Shown here in pieces: positions 9,161-20,547 of a stretch of DNA of 64,000 bases. Each line of letters starts with the position of its first letter. The stretch's first letter is position 1. This stretch comes from Planctomycetota bacterium (GTDB lineage Bacteria; Planctomycetota; GCA-002687715; DRQF01), in contig JAZGFI010000206.1 in NCBI GenBank assembly GCA_036479435.1, positions 14,297 through 78,296 on the forward strand. The letters run 5' to 3'. Both the position numbers and the translations under genes were made by a program. The notes under the pieces are model-generated. The model saw nothing but the letters and a program-made list of their open reading frames with translations, was not told the DNA's origin and made no database searches.

Positions 9161-10144
9161 CTAGGGCAGAAGGATACGGCCATAAAAGTCGACGTTAAGC
9201 ACCACCCCGCCCGGCTCCTCAACGGTGATATGAAGGCGACCGCGAAGTTCGCGCTGATCGGCCGCGGGATTCACCGTGACTTTGACTTCATAAATCTTGC
9301 CTTCTTCGATCACGATGATTTCGGTCGAGATCATCTTGTCGCTGCAGTTCGTCTCGACCACTTCGAGCCCGGTGCCCTGCTCTTTCTCCAAGCGAACGGT
9401 AAGCGTCTTTTTCTTGCCGGGAATGAGCACGCCAAAATTCAGCTTCTTGGGACTCATCTTGGTCGACGAGAGGATCGTCCCCACCGCCCGCATCGCCCGC
9501 TGCGGGATCACCTTGTCATCGGTTTGAACCGCAATGAGATCCTCGAAGTATCCCGTTTGGATTTTGTCACTCAGAGTCACCGTGACATCCCAACCGTAGC
9601 TGCCGTCTTCGTTCTTAAAGCGCTTCGGCTCGGTCAGCAGAAAACCGCTGTTGGTGAGGATATTGAGCAGCTTGATCTTGTAGCCCTTGCGCACGGTCAC
9701 CTTGAAGGAAGTCTTGAACGGGGCCCCGTTCTTCACCTCACCAAGGTTGATGATGTGAGTCGAAATATTCCAGATCGTCTGAATGGTGCCGGTCATCGGC
9801 ATCTTCAACTTCGAACCCTTCGGATCATTGCTGTGCAAGATGACGAATTTTTTGATCTCGCCTTCGCCGCGGCGGGTGTCAAGCTTCAACGTCAAGTCCG
9901 CCGACTCTCCGACGGCGATGACCTTAATGGGCATGTCCACCGAGATACACCCGCAGGTGACTTCGACTTTCTTGATGACCAGGGTTTCTTGGCCGGTGTT
10001 GGAGATCGTGATGACTTTTTGGTCGAACTCACCTTGAATTCTCTCACCGAAATCCCATCCGGATTCCGAGAGTTCAAGGACCGGGTTCTGGGCGGCGGCG
10101 GTCGCACAAAGAGTCAACAACAGCAAAGCGGGCAAGATGCGCAT
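9161..10144 (-). CDS. DUF1573 (Ig-like) domain secreted protein
   Basis: Signal peptide; WDFG..I.NTG...L.I..V..TCGC motif; three Ig-like beta repeats. Confidence 0.85.
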   Translation of the reverse strand: MRILPALLLLTLCATAAAQNPVLELSESGWDFGERIQGEFDQKVITISNTGQETLVIKKVEVTCGCISVDMPIKVIAVGESADLTLKLDTRRGEGEIKKFVILHSNDPKGSKLKMPMTGTIQTIWNISTHIINLGEVKNGAPFKTSFKVTVRKGYKIKLLNILTNSGFLLTEPKRFKNEDGSYGWDVTVTLSDKIQTGYFEDLIAVQTDDKVIPQRAMRAVGTILSSTKMSPKKLNFGVLIPGKKKTLTVRLEKEQGTGLEVVETNCSDKMISTEIIVIEEGKIYEVKVTVNPAADQRELRGRLHITVEEPGGVVLNVDFYGRILLP

Positions 10145-10283
10145 CGGCGGATCCTTCTAAACGAGATGACAAGCAGGATACGTTCCTCGGCACCACCAAG
10201 CCAAGAATTCCCCAAGCTGGGTTCACTTTAGGGAGAGATTCTTAGGTATCGCTCATGAGAGCCCTCTGATAGGCTCCGGCTCT

Positions 10284-12038
10284 GTGGTGATTTGCATGAA
10301 AACCCCTAGGCATCGCTCTTCAGATTCGCATCCCAGATTCCCGCGGTACCCCCGCCGAGAGGCTTTCCTTAACAACCTGCTGCTGGCTTGGCTCACCGTC
10401 TCGCTTCAAGCCTGCGGGAGCGACAACCCATCCGCAGGCCCAACGACTGCGAATGAATCTCACCCGATGGCGATTTTTTTCGACATCACCGAGGCCGCGA
10501 AGCTCGATCACCTTCACCAGCTAACTCTGGGCGAAAAGCTCCTCCTGCCCGAGATCATGGGCTCGGGGCTCGCCGTTTTTGATGCCGACCAAGACGGCGA
10601 TCTCGATCTGTACTTTCTAAACGCCGGTCGCCACCGCGACGACGGCGCTGCCAATCAACTGTTCTTGCGCGACAAAAACGGCCACTACGAAGAGGCCCCC
10701 GGGGCCCGAGGGCTAGATGATCTCGGCTACGGCACCGGCGTGGCGATCGGCGACGTCGACAACGACGGCGACCTCGACGTCTACGTCGGTAACTGGGGTC
10801 CGGATCGTCTTTATCTCAACGACGGCCACGGGAATTTCAAGGACTCCGGCCAGACCTTCGCCGCGGAATGGACGACCTCCGTCGCCATGTTCGACGCCGA
10901 CCTCGACGGATGGCTCGACATCTACGCGGTGCACTACGTTCACCTCGATGAGCGCAAAGAATGCACGCTGGCGAATGGCCGCACAGACTACTGTAGCCCC
11001 AAAGTATTCAATGGCATCCCCGACGCTTTTTACCGCAACCAGGGCGAAGGCAAATTCAAAGACGCCACCGTCGCGGCCGGCATCGGCGCGGCGGCGCTGA
11101 ACGGCCTGGGAATAAAGGTCATGGATGTCAACCACGATAACTACCCCGACATTTTCGTCACCAACGATGGCGAAGCCAACTTGTTGTGGTTGAACGAAGG
11201 CGGCCGAAAGTTCCGTGACGCGGGCTACCGCTTTGGTGTCGCAGTTAACGGCCAAGGCTCTTATGAGGCCAGCATGGGCATCGCTTGGGGAGACGTCGAT
11301 CAAGACGGCGACTTCGACTTGTTGTGTACTCATCTGACGAACGAAAGCCACACGCTTTACCTTCGCGAGCAAGCCGGTTTTGAAGACGCAACGGGTGCTT
11401 TCGGTTTGCACGTCCCGACCTTAGCGGACACCGGTTTTGGCACATCGTTCCTCGATGCCGACGGCGACGGCGATCTTGATTTGGTGGTCGCCAATGGCCG
11501 CGTGGGCTGGGCGGAGCCGCACCCCGGGACGGACCCCAAAGACGAATGGCGCGGCTACCCCGAACCCAACCGCTTGTTTTTGAACGACGGCAAGGGCCGC
11601 TTCGCGGTCAGCCCGGTGAGGGGCGGTGATTTCGTCAAGGGCCTCGCCGTTTCCCGGTCCCTGGCCGCAGTGGATTTGGACGCGGACGGCGACTGCGACC
11701 TTGTTATCGGCAACTCGCGATCCACGACTCGCATCTACGACAATCAGGGTTTTCGAGGCCATTGGCTGGCCTTAGATTTGTATCTTGGCGAAGAAAAACG
11801 GCGAGCGCTCGGCGCCTTGGTCACCGCGCGCAGCAAAAGCCGCACCTTCATTGCCGATACTAGCCAAGGTGGGAGCTACCAGACCGCGGTGGACGCGCCC
11901 CTGCTGATGTCGCTAGGGTCGGAAACGAGCTTAGAGGCATTGCAGATCCGTTGGCCAAACGGCGAAACCGAGTCATTCGAAATTGGCGCGGTCGACCAGC
12001 TCTACCGAATCGTCAAAGGCGAGGGGATTTCCAAGTGA
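10284..12038 (+). CDS. CRTAC1 family protein (FG-GAP repeats + ASPIC/UnbV), probable lipoprotein
   Basis: EIMGSGLAVFDADQDGDLDLY and multiple DxDxDGDxD repeats; C-terminal GGSY..IRWPNG; lipobox-like LQAC; start uncertain. Confidence 0.9.
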   Translation: MVICMKTPRHRSSDSHPRFPRYPRREAFLNNLLLAWLTVSLQACGSDNPSAGPTTANESHPMAIFFDITEAAKLDHLHQLTLGEKLLLPEIMGSGLAVFDADQDGDLDLYFLNAGRHRDDGAANQLFLRDKNGHYEEAPGARGLDDLGYGTGVAIGDVDNDGDLDVYVGNWGPDRLYLNDGHGNFKDSGQTFAAEWTTSVAMFDADLDGWLDIYAVHYVHLDERKECTLANGRTDYCSPKVFNGIPDAFYRNQGEGKFKDATVAAGIGAAALNGLGIKVMDVNHDNYPDIFVTNDGEANLLWLNEGGRKFRDAGYRFGVAVNGQGSYEASMGIAWGDVDQDGDFDLLCTHLTNESHTLYLREQAGFEDATGAFGLHVPTLADTGFGTSFLDADGDGDLDLVVANGRVGWAEPHPGTDPKDEWRGYPEPNRLFLNDGKGRFAVSPVRGGDFVKGLAVSRSLAAVDLDADGDCDLVIGNSRSTTRIYDNQGFRGHWLALDLYLGEEKRRALGALVTARSKSRTFIADTSQGGSYQTAVDAPLLMSLGSETSLEALQIRWPNGETESFEIGAVDQLYRIVKGEGISK

Positions 12039-13354
12039 ACCGGTGTTGCCATCGCCATGTGACAACGACAACCTGCGGGCGACCTTTCGCGGTCTTGCTG
12101 GTCTTGGCTTTAGCCTTGACGGGGCTCTTTTCTGCCTGCCGCAACGAGAACCCGCCAGCCCTCCCTGAGCTTGCGTTACCAGACCTGTCGAACGCCGAAG
12201 CGGGCGTGACCGCAGCGCTAAAGGAACAACACGCCGAGCTAAGTCGGGGTGACGCGAGCGCCTATCGCCGATACGCCCGCACCTTGCAAGTACACGACTA
12301 TCTCGACGAGGCGGTCGCCGCTTACGAAGTCGCGGCCGAGCGATCCGAGGATTCCTTTGAGGACCTCTACTTGGCGGGCACTTGTCTGCATGCAAAAAAC
12401 CCCGTTCGCGCGCTTGGGTTCTTTGCTCGAGCGCGCAACGAGCGCAAGAACTACTTGCCACTCCACCTCGCCTGCGGGAAGCTCGCGCAAGACCTTGGCG
12501 ATTCGGCGGCGGCAAGAACTAACTTTGATCGCGCCCTCAAACTAAAGCGGACGTCCGCGGCCCTCCTCGGTCGCGCGGGCATCCACTTGGCAGAAAACGA
12601 GATCCCGCAGGCCCTAGATCTGGCCCGCGAGGCGCAACAGATCAGCGCCAGGGACCGCGACCTTTGGGCCTTGTTTGCACGCGCTTACACTAAGAGCGGG
12701 GACCTCATCAGATCCCGTAAGGCGCAGGCCATCGCGAAGTCGCTCAGCATGTCGACCGGTATCGCTGATGCCATCCAAGTCGAGATTTACCAAGAAGCCA
12801 AAAGCTACCTCGCTCTCGCCCGCTACGCCGGCTTGTTGCTGAATGCCGATCGCCTTGTTGAAGGCCAAAACGCCATTGAGGACGCCCTTCAGATTCGGCC
12901 GGAGGAGCCCACCGGGCTCCACATCCTGATCCGGATCATGGGTCGCCGTGGGCAATACCACAGCGCCTACGACATGGCCGAGAAGCTCCTAAACAAAGAC
13001 GCCGACGATCACGAAGCCGCGTTTTTAAAGGCCGTGATGCTGGTCGACCTCGCTCGCCCCGCCGAGGCCTTGGGCGTCGTAGAAAAGATCGCAGCGACCA
13101 AGCCAGACCACATTGAATCGCGACTGTTAATGGGCGCGATTTTGGGGAAAGCGCGCCCAAAACTCGCCAAGGCTCACCTGCGGTTCGTGATCGACAAAGA
13201 TCCGACGAAACCCGAGCCATACCTTTATCTCGCCCAGATTCTCCATCGCGAAGGCCGGAAAGATCGCGCCATCGCCTTGCTTGAAAAATTCGTCGAGCTC
13301 GCCCCTGGCGACCAGCACGTCAAAAGACTTCTCGGCCAACTGCGAAGGCTCTAG
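12035..13354 (+). CDS. Tetratricopeptide repeat lipoprotein
   Basis: GTG start overlaps the upstream TGA; hydrophobic signal ending FSAC; many TPR-like helical repeats. Confidence 0.85.
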   Translation: MNRCCHRHVTTTTCGRPFAVLLVLALALTGLFSACRNENPPALPELALPDLSNAEAGVTAALKEQHAELSRGDASAYRRYARTLQVHDYLDEAVAAYEVAAERSEDSFEDLYLAGTCLHAKNPVRALGFFARARNERKNYLPLHLACGKLAQDLGDSAAARTNFDRALKLKRTSAALLGRAGIHLAENEIPQALDLAREAQQISARDRDLWALFARAYTKSGDLIRSRKAQAIAKSLSMSTGIADAIQVEIYQEAKSYLALARYAGLLLNADRLVEGQNAIEDALQIRPEEPTGLHILIRIMGRRGQYHSAYDMAEKLLNKDADDHEAAFLKAVMLVDLARPAEALGVVEKIAATKPDHIESRLLMGAILGKARPKLAKAHLRFVIDKDPTKPEPYLYLAQILHREGRKDRAIALLEKFVELAPGDQHVKRLLGQLRRL

Positions 13355-14075
13355 CCACGATCTGGCGAACCACGAGAGCGGGATCGACCGCACTGGTGTC
13401 GACGGCGAAATCCGCTTCGGCGTAGTGCTTTTTTCGTGCGGCAAGGATCGACCTCAGCTCTTCTTGCGCTTTGGGATTGGCCTGCATCGGCCGCGTATCT
13501 CCTTGCTCGACAACCCGCCGCCAATGTTCTTCGGGCGTGGTGTGCAACCACACGACAAAACAAGTTTCCAACAGGCGTCGCCAGGAATTTTGGTGCGTGA
13601 CGATCGACCCTCCCGTCGCCAAGACGCTGGCACCTGAGCGCTCGAGGTGATCTTCGAGAGCTTCGGCCTCGAGCTGGCGGTAGTAGGGCTCTCCATGCAA
13701 GGCAAAGATCTCCGCCAAGTCCAGCCCGCTGCGGTCTTCGATGCGCCGATCGAGTTCGACGAAGGGGCACTCGAGCTCGAGCGCCAGCAGTCGGCCCACC
13801 GTGGTCTTGCCCGCGCCGCGCAGACCGACAAGAGCCACCCGGCGGTGAGGTGACGACAGCTCCAGATCGCAAAGGACACCGAGCGGTTGCCGGAGCGCTC
13901 GCGCCACGCGGGCGAGTTTCAGGATCGAGATGTTGGCGCGGCCCGCTTCGAGTTCGGTCAGGTATCGGCGCGACAGTTTCGCGCGCGAGGCCAAATCGCC
14001 GACGGTTCGATCGCCCGACTCCCGCGCCCGGCGGATGCGCCGACCCAATTCGGCCAAAATGCTGTCTTCGTTCAC
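13320..14075 (-). CDS. boxR: BoxR/BzdR-type regulator (XRE HTH + shikimate-kinase-like domain)
   Basis: HTH LSRRYLTELEAGRANISI; P-loop VGLRGAGKTTVG; RVVEQGDTRPM; divergent from boxC; GTG start preceded by GGGAG. Confidence 0.88.
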   Translation of the reverse strand: MNEDSILAELGRRIRRARESGDRTVGDLASRAKLSRRYLTELEAGRANISILKLARVARALRQPLGVLCDLELSSPHRRVALVGLRGAGKTTVGRLLALELECPFVELDRRIEDRSGLDLAEIFALHGEPYYRQLEAEALEDHLERSGASVLATGGSIVTHQNSWRRLLETCFVVWLHTTPEEHWRRVVEQGDTRPMQANPKAQEELRSILAARKKHYAEADFAVDTSAVDPALVVRQIVARAFAVGREVF

Positions 14076-14134
14076 GGCAAGCTCTCCCGCCTCTAATGGC
14101 CAGGTAGGGAGGCACTCCGATGCCCACCGCAATG

Positions 14135-14181
14135 AGCACTATAGTTCCCTGTCGGCATTGAATCCAGCACAATGTTTCCCT
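14135..14181. promoter_or_regulatory. Putative BoxR operator direct repeats
   Basis: AGCACTATAGTTCCCT (14135-14150) and AGCACAATGTTTCCCT (14166-14181), 31 bp apart, in the boxR-boxC intergenic region. Confidence 0.5.
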
Positions 14182-14231
14182 ATCCTATCGGCGTTCATGA
14201 ACAGACCTTTTCGAATCACTGGAGAACTGCC

Positions 14232-15890
14232 TTGGCCGAATCCGCCAGCATGGCCCCCGTCGACTTTCGGACCCACCCCTCCCGCTACTGCCACTGGGAC
14301 CTCGAAATCTCGGCTGATCGCGCCACTCTCACCATGAAGGTGGATGAAGAGCAGCCCCTCAACGAAGGCTACGTTCTTAAGCTCAACTCTTACGACTTGG
14401 GGGTCGACATCGAACTTGCCGATGCCTACCAACGGCTTCGCTGGGAACATCCCGAAGTCAAAGTGGTGACCATCGTCGGCGGCCTCGACCGCATTTTTTG
14501 TTCGGGCGCGAACATTATGATGCTCCGCAGCTCAACCCACGCCTTCAAAGTGAACTTTTGCAAATTCACCAACGAGACGCGGCTCTACATCGAAGAAGCC
14601 AGCGAATCCAGCCATCTAAAGACCTTGGTTGCACTGAATGGCACCGCCTCGGGTGGTGGTTACGAGTTAGCCCTCGCCGCCGACCGCATCTTGCTGGTCG
14701 ATGACCGCTCGAGCACGGTGGCGTTTCCCGAAACGCCGTTGCTGGCAGTCTTGCCCGGCACCGGGGGGCTCACGCGCCTCGTCGACAAGCGCTTCGTGCG
14801 CCGCGACCGCGCCGACTACTTTTCAACCCTGGCCGAAGGCATCAAAGGCAAGCGCGCTGTCGAATGGAACCTCGTCGACGACCTCGCTCCCCTTTCGAAG
14901 TTCACCGACGAAACGCTGCGGATTGGAGACGAACTCGCGGCGACGATCAGTGACAAGTCCGGCCGCCAAGGCATCGAGCTAAAAGCCGTCGAAAGCAGCT
15001 CCACCGAAACCGGGTTCAAGTACGAGTACGTCGAAGTCGCTTTCAGCCACGAAGGCAGAGTGGCCGAACTTTGCCTGCGCGTTCCCGAAAACCCCAAGCA
15101 ACCCAAGAGTGCCGCGGAAGCCCGCGATCTCGGTTGTGAATGGTGGATTCTGAAGATGTTCCGCGAGCTCGACGACGCGCTCTTACAGCTTCGCATCAAC
15201 TACCTCGATATCGGCTTGATCTTGCTGAGGACGCAAGGGTCCATTGAGACCGTCCTCGCCGCCGATGCCAGCTTGGATGAATTCGCCGACGACTGGTTCG
15301 TCAACGAAGTGCGCCAGCAACTGAAACGCGTTCTCAAACGCTACGACATGATGGCCAAGAGCCTCTTCGCCCTGGCCGAAGAGGGCTCGGCCTTCGCAGG
15401 TACCTTGCTCGAACTCGCACTGGCGAGCGACCGCTTCTACGTCTTGACCGACCCGGACTTTCCGGTCGCCATGGCCTTTGGGCCGATGAACCGCGGCGCC
15501 TACCCGATGGGCAACGGGCTTACCCGACTCGAAAGCCGATTCCTCGGCGAGCCGGAATGCGTAGGACAGGCCTTGGAAGTCGAAGGCGTCTTCGACGCGA
15601 GTCGCGCCGATGAGCTGGGACTATCAACGATCGCCCCCGATGAGATTGACTGGGAGGACGAGCTGCGCGTGGCCATCGAAGAACGCGTGAGCTTCTCGCC
15701 CGACGCCCTCACCGGTATGGAAGCCAACCTTCGTTTCGCTGGCCCTGAAACGATGGAGACCAAGATCTTTGGCCGCTTGACCGCCTGGCAGAACTGGATC
15801 TTCCAACGTCCTAACGCCGTCGGCGAAAAGGGTGCGTTGACCTGCTACGGCTCGCCCGTCCAACCTGAATTTGATTACAAGAGGACCTGA
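14232..15890 (+). CDS. boxC: 2,3-epoxybenzoyl-CoA dihydrolase
   Basis: LKLNSYDLGVDIEL, FCSGANI, KVNFCKFTNETR, MEANLRFAGPETMETKIFGRLTAWQNWIFQRPNAVGE; TTG start after GGAGA. Confidence 0.95.
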   Translation: MAESASMAPVDFRTHPSRYCHWDLEISADRATLTMKVDEEQPLNEGYVLKLNSYDLGVDIELADAYQRLRWEHPEVKVVTIVGGLDRIFCSGANIMMLRSSTHAFKVNFCKFTNETRLYIEEASESSHLKTLVALNGTASGGGYELALAADRILLVDDRSSTVAFPETPLLAVLPGTGGLTRLVDKRFVRRDRADYFSTLAEGIKGKRAVEWNLVDDLAPLSKFTDETLRIGDELAATISDKSGRQGIELKAVESSSTETGFKYEYVEVAFSHEGRVAELCLRVPENPKQPKSAAEARDLGCEWWILKMFRELDDALLQLRINYLDIGLILLRTQGSIETVLAADASLDEFADDWFVNEVRQQLKRVLKRYDMMAKSLFALAEEGSAFAGTLLELALASDRFYVLTDPDFPVAMAFGPMNRGAYPMGNGLTRLESRFLGEPECVGQALEVEGVFDASRADELGLSTIAPDEIDWEDELRVAIEERVSFSPDALTGMEANLRFAGPETMETKIFGRLTAWQNWIFQRPNAVGEKGALTCYGSPVQPEFDYKRT

Positions 15891-15893
15891 ACC

Positions 15894-17309
<1,416 letters not shown>

Positions 17310-17335
17310 GATTTAGACCGTTCTCAAGGTCCTTT

Positions 17336-17396
17336 AAAGCGCCGGTGGGGCCTTCTCGACAAGACTTCGAGAATATCCGCCAGCGCTTTCTTTTTT
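17336..17396 (+). terminator. Long hairpin terminator after boxB
   Basis: AAAGCGC..TTCTCGA-loop-TCGAGAA..GCGCTTT followed by CTTTTTT. Confidence 0.7.
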
Positions 17397-17719
17397 GCTT
17401 CCCCCGATAGTGAAACGCCCTAAGTCGGGTTGAAAGAAAACGCTAGGTGCATTCTGAGAACCGATGGGTGTTCACCCACCCAAAGAAGGCCAAGCTTTCG
17501 GTATGCATCGAATGAGTATTCTTTCTCTACTCGCGCCCCAACGCTATAGTTTGGGACTTCGCGGGGGTGACCAAATCCCTCGCCACAACGTGCCATCATC
17601 ACCGTGATGCCAAACACAATTTAAGCCTCGAAAACTACGTTTCAAATCTTGGATCCTAGGTTCGTCGTCGAAAGATTGTCTGCGCGTTTTCCGATGACCC
17701 CTCAACCGGGAGATCTTAC

Positions 17720-18814
17720 ATGCGCATGCGTCTCGCACTCGCGTCCCTCGTTCTGGCAATCTTTGCGGCCTCGGCGGGCGCACAGGTCTACATCAACGAA
17801 TTCTGTAGTGATCCAAACGGCGCGGCATTCGTGCCGACCACCGGCGACTTCAACCTCGATGGCACCGGCAGTTCGGCCGAAGACGAATTCGTCGAGATCG
17901 TCAACGCGGGCGCGGTTAGCGTCGACATCAGCGGGTGGACCGTCTCGGACGCCGTCGCGGTTCGCCACACTTTTCAGATGGGCACCATGCTCCCGGCGGG
18001 CAGCGCCATTATCGTTTTCGGTGGCGGTAGCAGTCTCGCGACATTCAATGCTCAAGGCGCTGGCCTTGGGGTCTTTGCGTCCAGCGGGTTCACCAGCTTT
18101 AACGTTGCTGGCGACACCATCACCATCGCCGACAGCCTGGCCGTCGTCGTCGACAGCTACACCTACCCCGACGGCGGTGGCAGCGACATCGGTGACGGCG
18201 AATCGGTCGTCCGCGATCCCGAAGCACCCGGATCGGCTTTCAGCTTCCACACCGTGGCCGGCCTGGGCCTACGCGCCAGCCCCGGCTTCCACAGCGATGG
18301 AACCACGCCCTACCTCCCCGCCAGCGAAATGACCTTTAGCTACAACTACCCCGGCAACGGTGGCGACGTCGCCTTGAACATCCGGGTCAACGGTTCGCAG
18401 GTCACAACGTTTACCGGTGACGTCGCGATCGGTCTCAGCGACAACTTCGCCTTCGAAATTCTGTCACCGCTCGGCAGCACCAACAACAACGGCTTCGCCC
18501 TCATCTACTCGGTCTACACCACCGGCGCCGCGCCAGCTGGCATCCCGATCCAAGGCGCAGGCTTCCCCCTCGACGTTTGGATTGACCCATTCACACTGCC
18601 CACTTTCGTGCCGCTGGATGGCCTCAACCCCACCAATCCCCTGTTGATCCCGACCGTGAGCCCCTTCGGCTTCGACTTTGGTCCCTTCGATGTGCCCCCC
18701 ACCGTCGTCGGCATGGGCCTCTCCGCCATCTTCCAGGTCTTCGCCGCCGCCCCCGGCAGCGGTCTCTTTCTCGACTTGGCAATCTCGGACGCCATCGCCC
18801 TCGACCTTCCCTAA
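17720..18814 (+). CDS. Secreted lamin-tail-domain protein
   Basis: Signal peptide; VYINEF..DP..DEFVEIVN..VDISGWTVSD..HTF..GT.LPAG..ASPG; SD GGGAG. Confidence 0.85.
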   Translation: MRMRLALASLVLAIFAASAGAQVYINEFCSDPNGAAFVPTTGDFNLDGTGSSAEDEFVEIVNAGAVSVDISGWTVSDAVAVRHTFQMGTMLPAGSAIIVFGGGSSLATFNAQGAGLGVFASSGFTSFNVAGDTITIADSLAVVVDSYTYPDGGGSDIGDGESVVRDPEAPGSAFSFHTVAGLGLRASPGFHSDGTTPYLPASEMTFSYNYPGNGGDVALNIRVNGSQVTTFTGDVAIGLSDNFAFEILSPLGSTNNNGFALIYSVYTTGAAPAGIPIQGAGFPLDVWIDPFTLPTFVPLDGLNPTNPLLIPTVSPFGFDFGPFDVPPTVVGMGLSAIFQVFAAAPGSGLFLDLAISDAIALDLP

Positions 18815-18837
18815 GCAAAGCCGAGCCTCCGTTCCAA

Positions 18838-18878
18838 AAGAGGCCGCGACTCCCAAGAGTCGCGGCCTCTTCCGTTTT
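18838..18878 (+). terminator. Rho-independent terminator
   Basis: Perfect 15-bp stem AAGAGGCCGCGACTC-CCAA-GAGTCGCGGCCTCTT then CCGTTTT. Confidence 0.8.
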
Positions 18879-19040
18879 GAATTTCCATTTGTTCGAGCAT
18901 GAAGCCCGTCGCTTCGGTACTCAACGAAAGCTGACAACCCGAATGCTCTGGTGAGAACTCGCGCCTTCGTTCATTCCTTGCTCTTTGATTCTGTCAGACC
19001 AGAGCGGCATGCTGCTCGAACTCAAGCGGCGGCAGGAAAC

Positions 19041-20465
19041 ATGAGCGGCGACAAAGAGCACATCGAAATTAAAGGCATTGAGGCCCTTGTCGCTTCTGGC
19101 GAATCCGAAACGCTAGAGTTCAAAAAGAGCACGGCGCAGCTGAAGCCAGCGTGTGAGACGATTTGTGCTTTTTTGAATGGTAACGGTGGCCAGGTCATCA
19201 TCGGCGTCAGCCCCAATGGAAAACTCTCTGGTTTAGAGGTGTCAGACAAGACTCGCTGCGACATCGCTGATGCCCTCGCCAAGATCGAGCCAGATCCTGC
19301 TGTCTTTCAGACCGAGATCCCCTTGAAAGGTCGACTCAGCCTTATCGCACTAAAGGTGCATCCAAAAAAAGGCCAGAAACCCTACTTGTTCGACGGGCGC
19401 CCATTTCAAAGGCGAGGCCCAACGACCTCCCGAATGTCATCCGACACCTACAACCGCTTGCTTCTTCGCCGACCTGAGAATCAGAGCCTTTGGGAGTCTC
19501 GCGTCGCTGAGTCTTTTGCCATTGAGCATCTCGATACAACCGAGATTGAGCGAGTGGGGCGACTCGCCCAAGCAAAGGGAAGTATCCCTGGCGACGTTGT
19601 TTTGGACGTAAGGGAGGTTCTAAGAGGTTTTGAGGTCTTGGGCGACAATGGAGAGCTTCTCAATTCTGCCGTTGCTCTTTTTGGCGCTTCGAACTCTCCT
19701 CGCAGAAGCATGCATCAGTGTTCGCTCCAGCTCGCTTGTTTCGAGGGAATCGAGAAGAGTGTCTTCATTGACCAGCGTGAAGTGGCCGGTGGCGCGTTCT
19801 ACTTGCTCGGGGAAGCTGAGAACTTCATCCGACGCCATATGCCGGTCTCAGCGAGAATTGTTGAGGGGGAGATGGAACGACGAGAGGTCCCGCTCATCCC
19901 TTGGGAGGCTCTGCGTGAAGCCTTGATGAACGCGCTTATTCACCGGGACTACTCCAACGTCTCGGGCTCTATTGACCTCGCGATCTATGCCGACCGGCTT
20001 GAAATCTGGAGCATCGGGGAGCTTCCCGAGGGCCTCCGCATTGACCAACTCAAAAAACAGCACAAGTCCGTCCGCCGCAATCCGAACATCGCCGCCGCTT
20101 TTCGGCACTGTGGCCTGATTGAAAAGTGGGGCCGGGGCACTCAGATTTTGGTTAGACGTTGCGTTAGTGCGGGGCTTCCTGAACCGGATTTTCTCGAAGA
20201 GCAAGGCTTCTTCGCGGTCATCTTCTCAGCTCCGTTCGCTCCGCTAGCGTTGATAGGAGATGTCGACCTCTCAGCGCTTGAGAAAGAACTCTTCAATCTC
20301 ATTTCGCCGACCGACAAAACGCCAGTTCGAGTCCTCACGCTGGCAACGGATGGAGTTTCTCGGCGTTCCGTCCAACGAGCCCTGAAGAGCCTTGTGGACC
20401 TAGGACTCATCGCCAAGGTGGGGGGCGGGCACGCGCTGGGATATCGAAGGGCGACAAGGGGATAG
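19041..20465 (+). CDS. AlbA_2 (Schlafen-like) + HATPase_c_4 + C-terminal wHTH protein
   Basis: GESETLEFKKS..ICAFLNGNGG..IIGV; ALREALMNALIHRDYS; RNPNIA..IEKWGRGT; C-terminal SRRSVQRALKSL. Confidence 0.88.
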   Translation: MSGDKEHIEIKGIEALVASGESETLEFKKSTAQLKPACETICAFLNGNGGQVIIGVSPNGKLSGLEVSDKTRCDIADALAKIEPDPAVFQTEIPLKGRLSLIALKVHPKKGQKPYLFDGRPFQRRGPTTSRMSSDTYNRLLLRRPENQSLWESRVAESFAIEHLDTTEIERVGRLAQAKGSIPGDVVLDVREVLRGFEVLGDNGELLNSAVALFGASNSPRRSMHQCSLQLACFEGIEKSVFIDQREVAGGAFYLLGEAENFIRRHMPVSARIVEGEMERREVPLIPWEALREALMNALIHRDYSNVSGSIDLAIYADRLEIWSIGELPEGLRIDQLKKQHKSVRRNPNIAAAFRHCGLIEKWGRGTQILVRRCVSAGLPEPDFLEEQGFFAVIFSAPFAPLALIGDVDLSALEKELFNLISPTDKTPVRVLTLATDGVSRRSVQRALKSLVDLGLIAKVGGGHALGYRRATRG

Positions 20466-20541
20466 CGCGCTCGTGGCGCGCTCGTGGCGCGCTCGTGGCG
20501 CGCTCGTGGCGCGCTCGTGGCGCGCTCGTGGCGCGCTCGTG
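20465..20541. repeat. Tandem repeat (GCGCGCTCGTG)x7
   Basis: Seven perfect 11-bp units starting on the last base of the AlbA gene stop codon. Confidence 0.97.
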
Positions 20542-20547
20542 GACCGA

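Noticed and set aside
17420..17617. 65-aa ORF in an AT-richer intergenic stretch
   Set aside because: No SD or motif; cannot be supported
20465..20541. Repeat array considered as CRISPR
   Set aside because: 11-bp units with no spacers, and no cas genes
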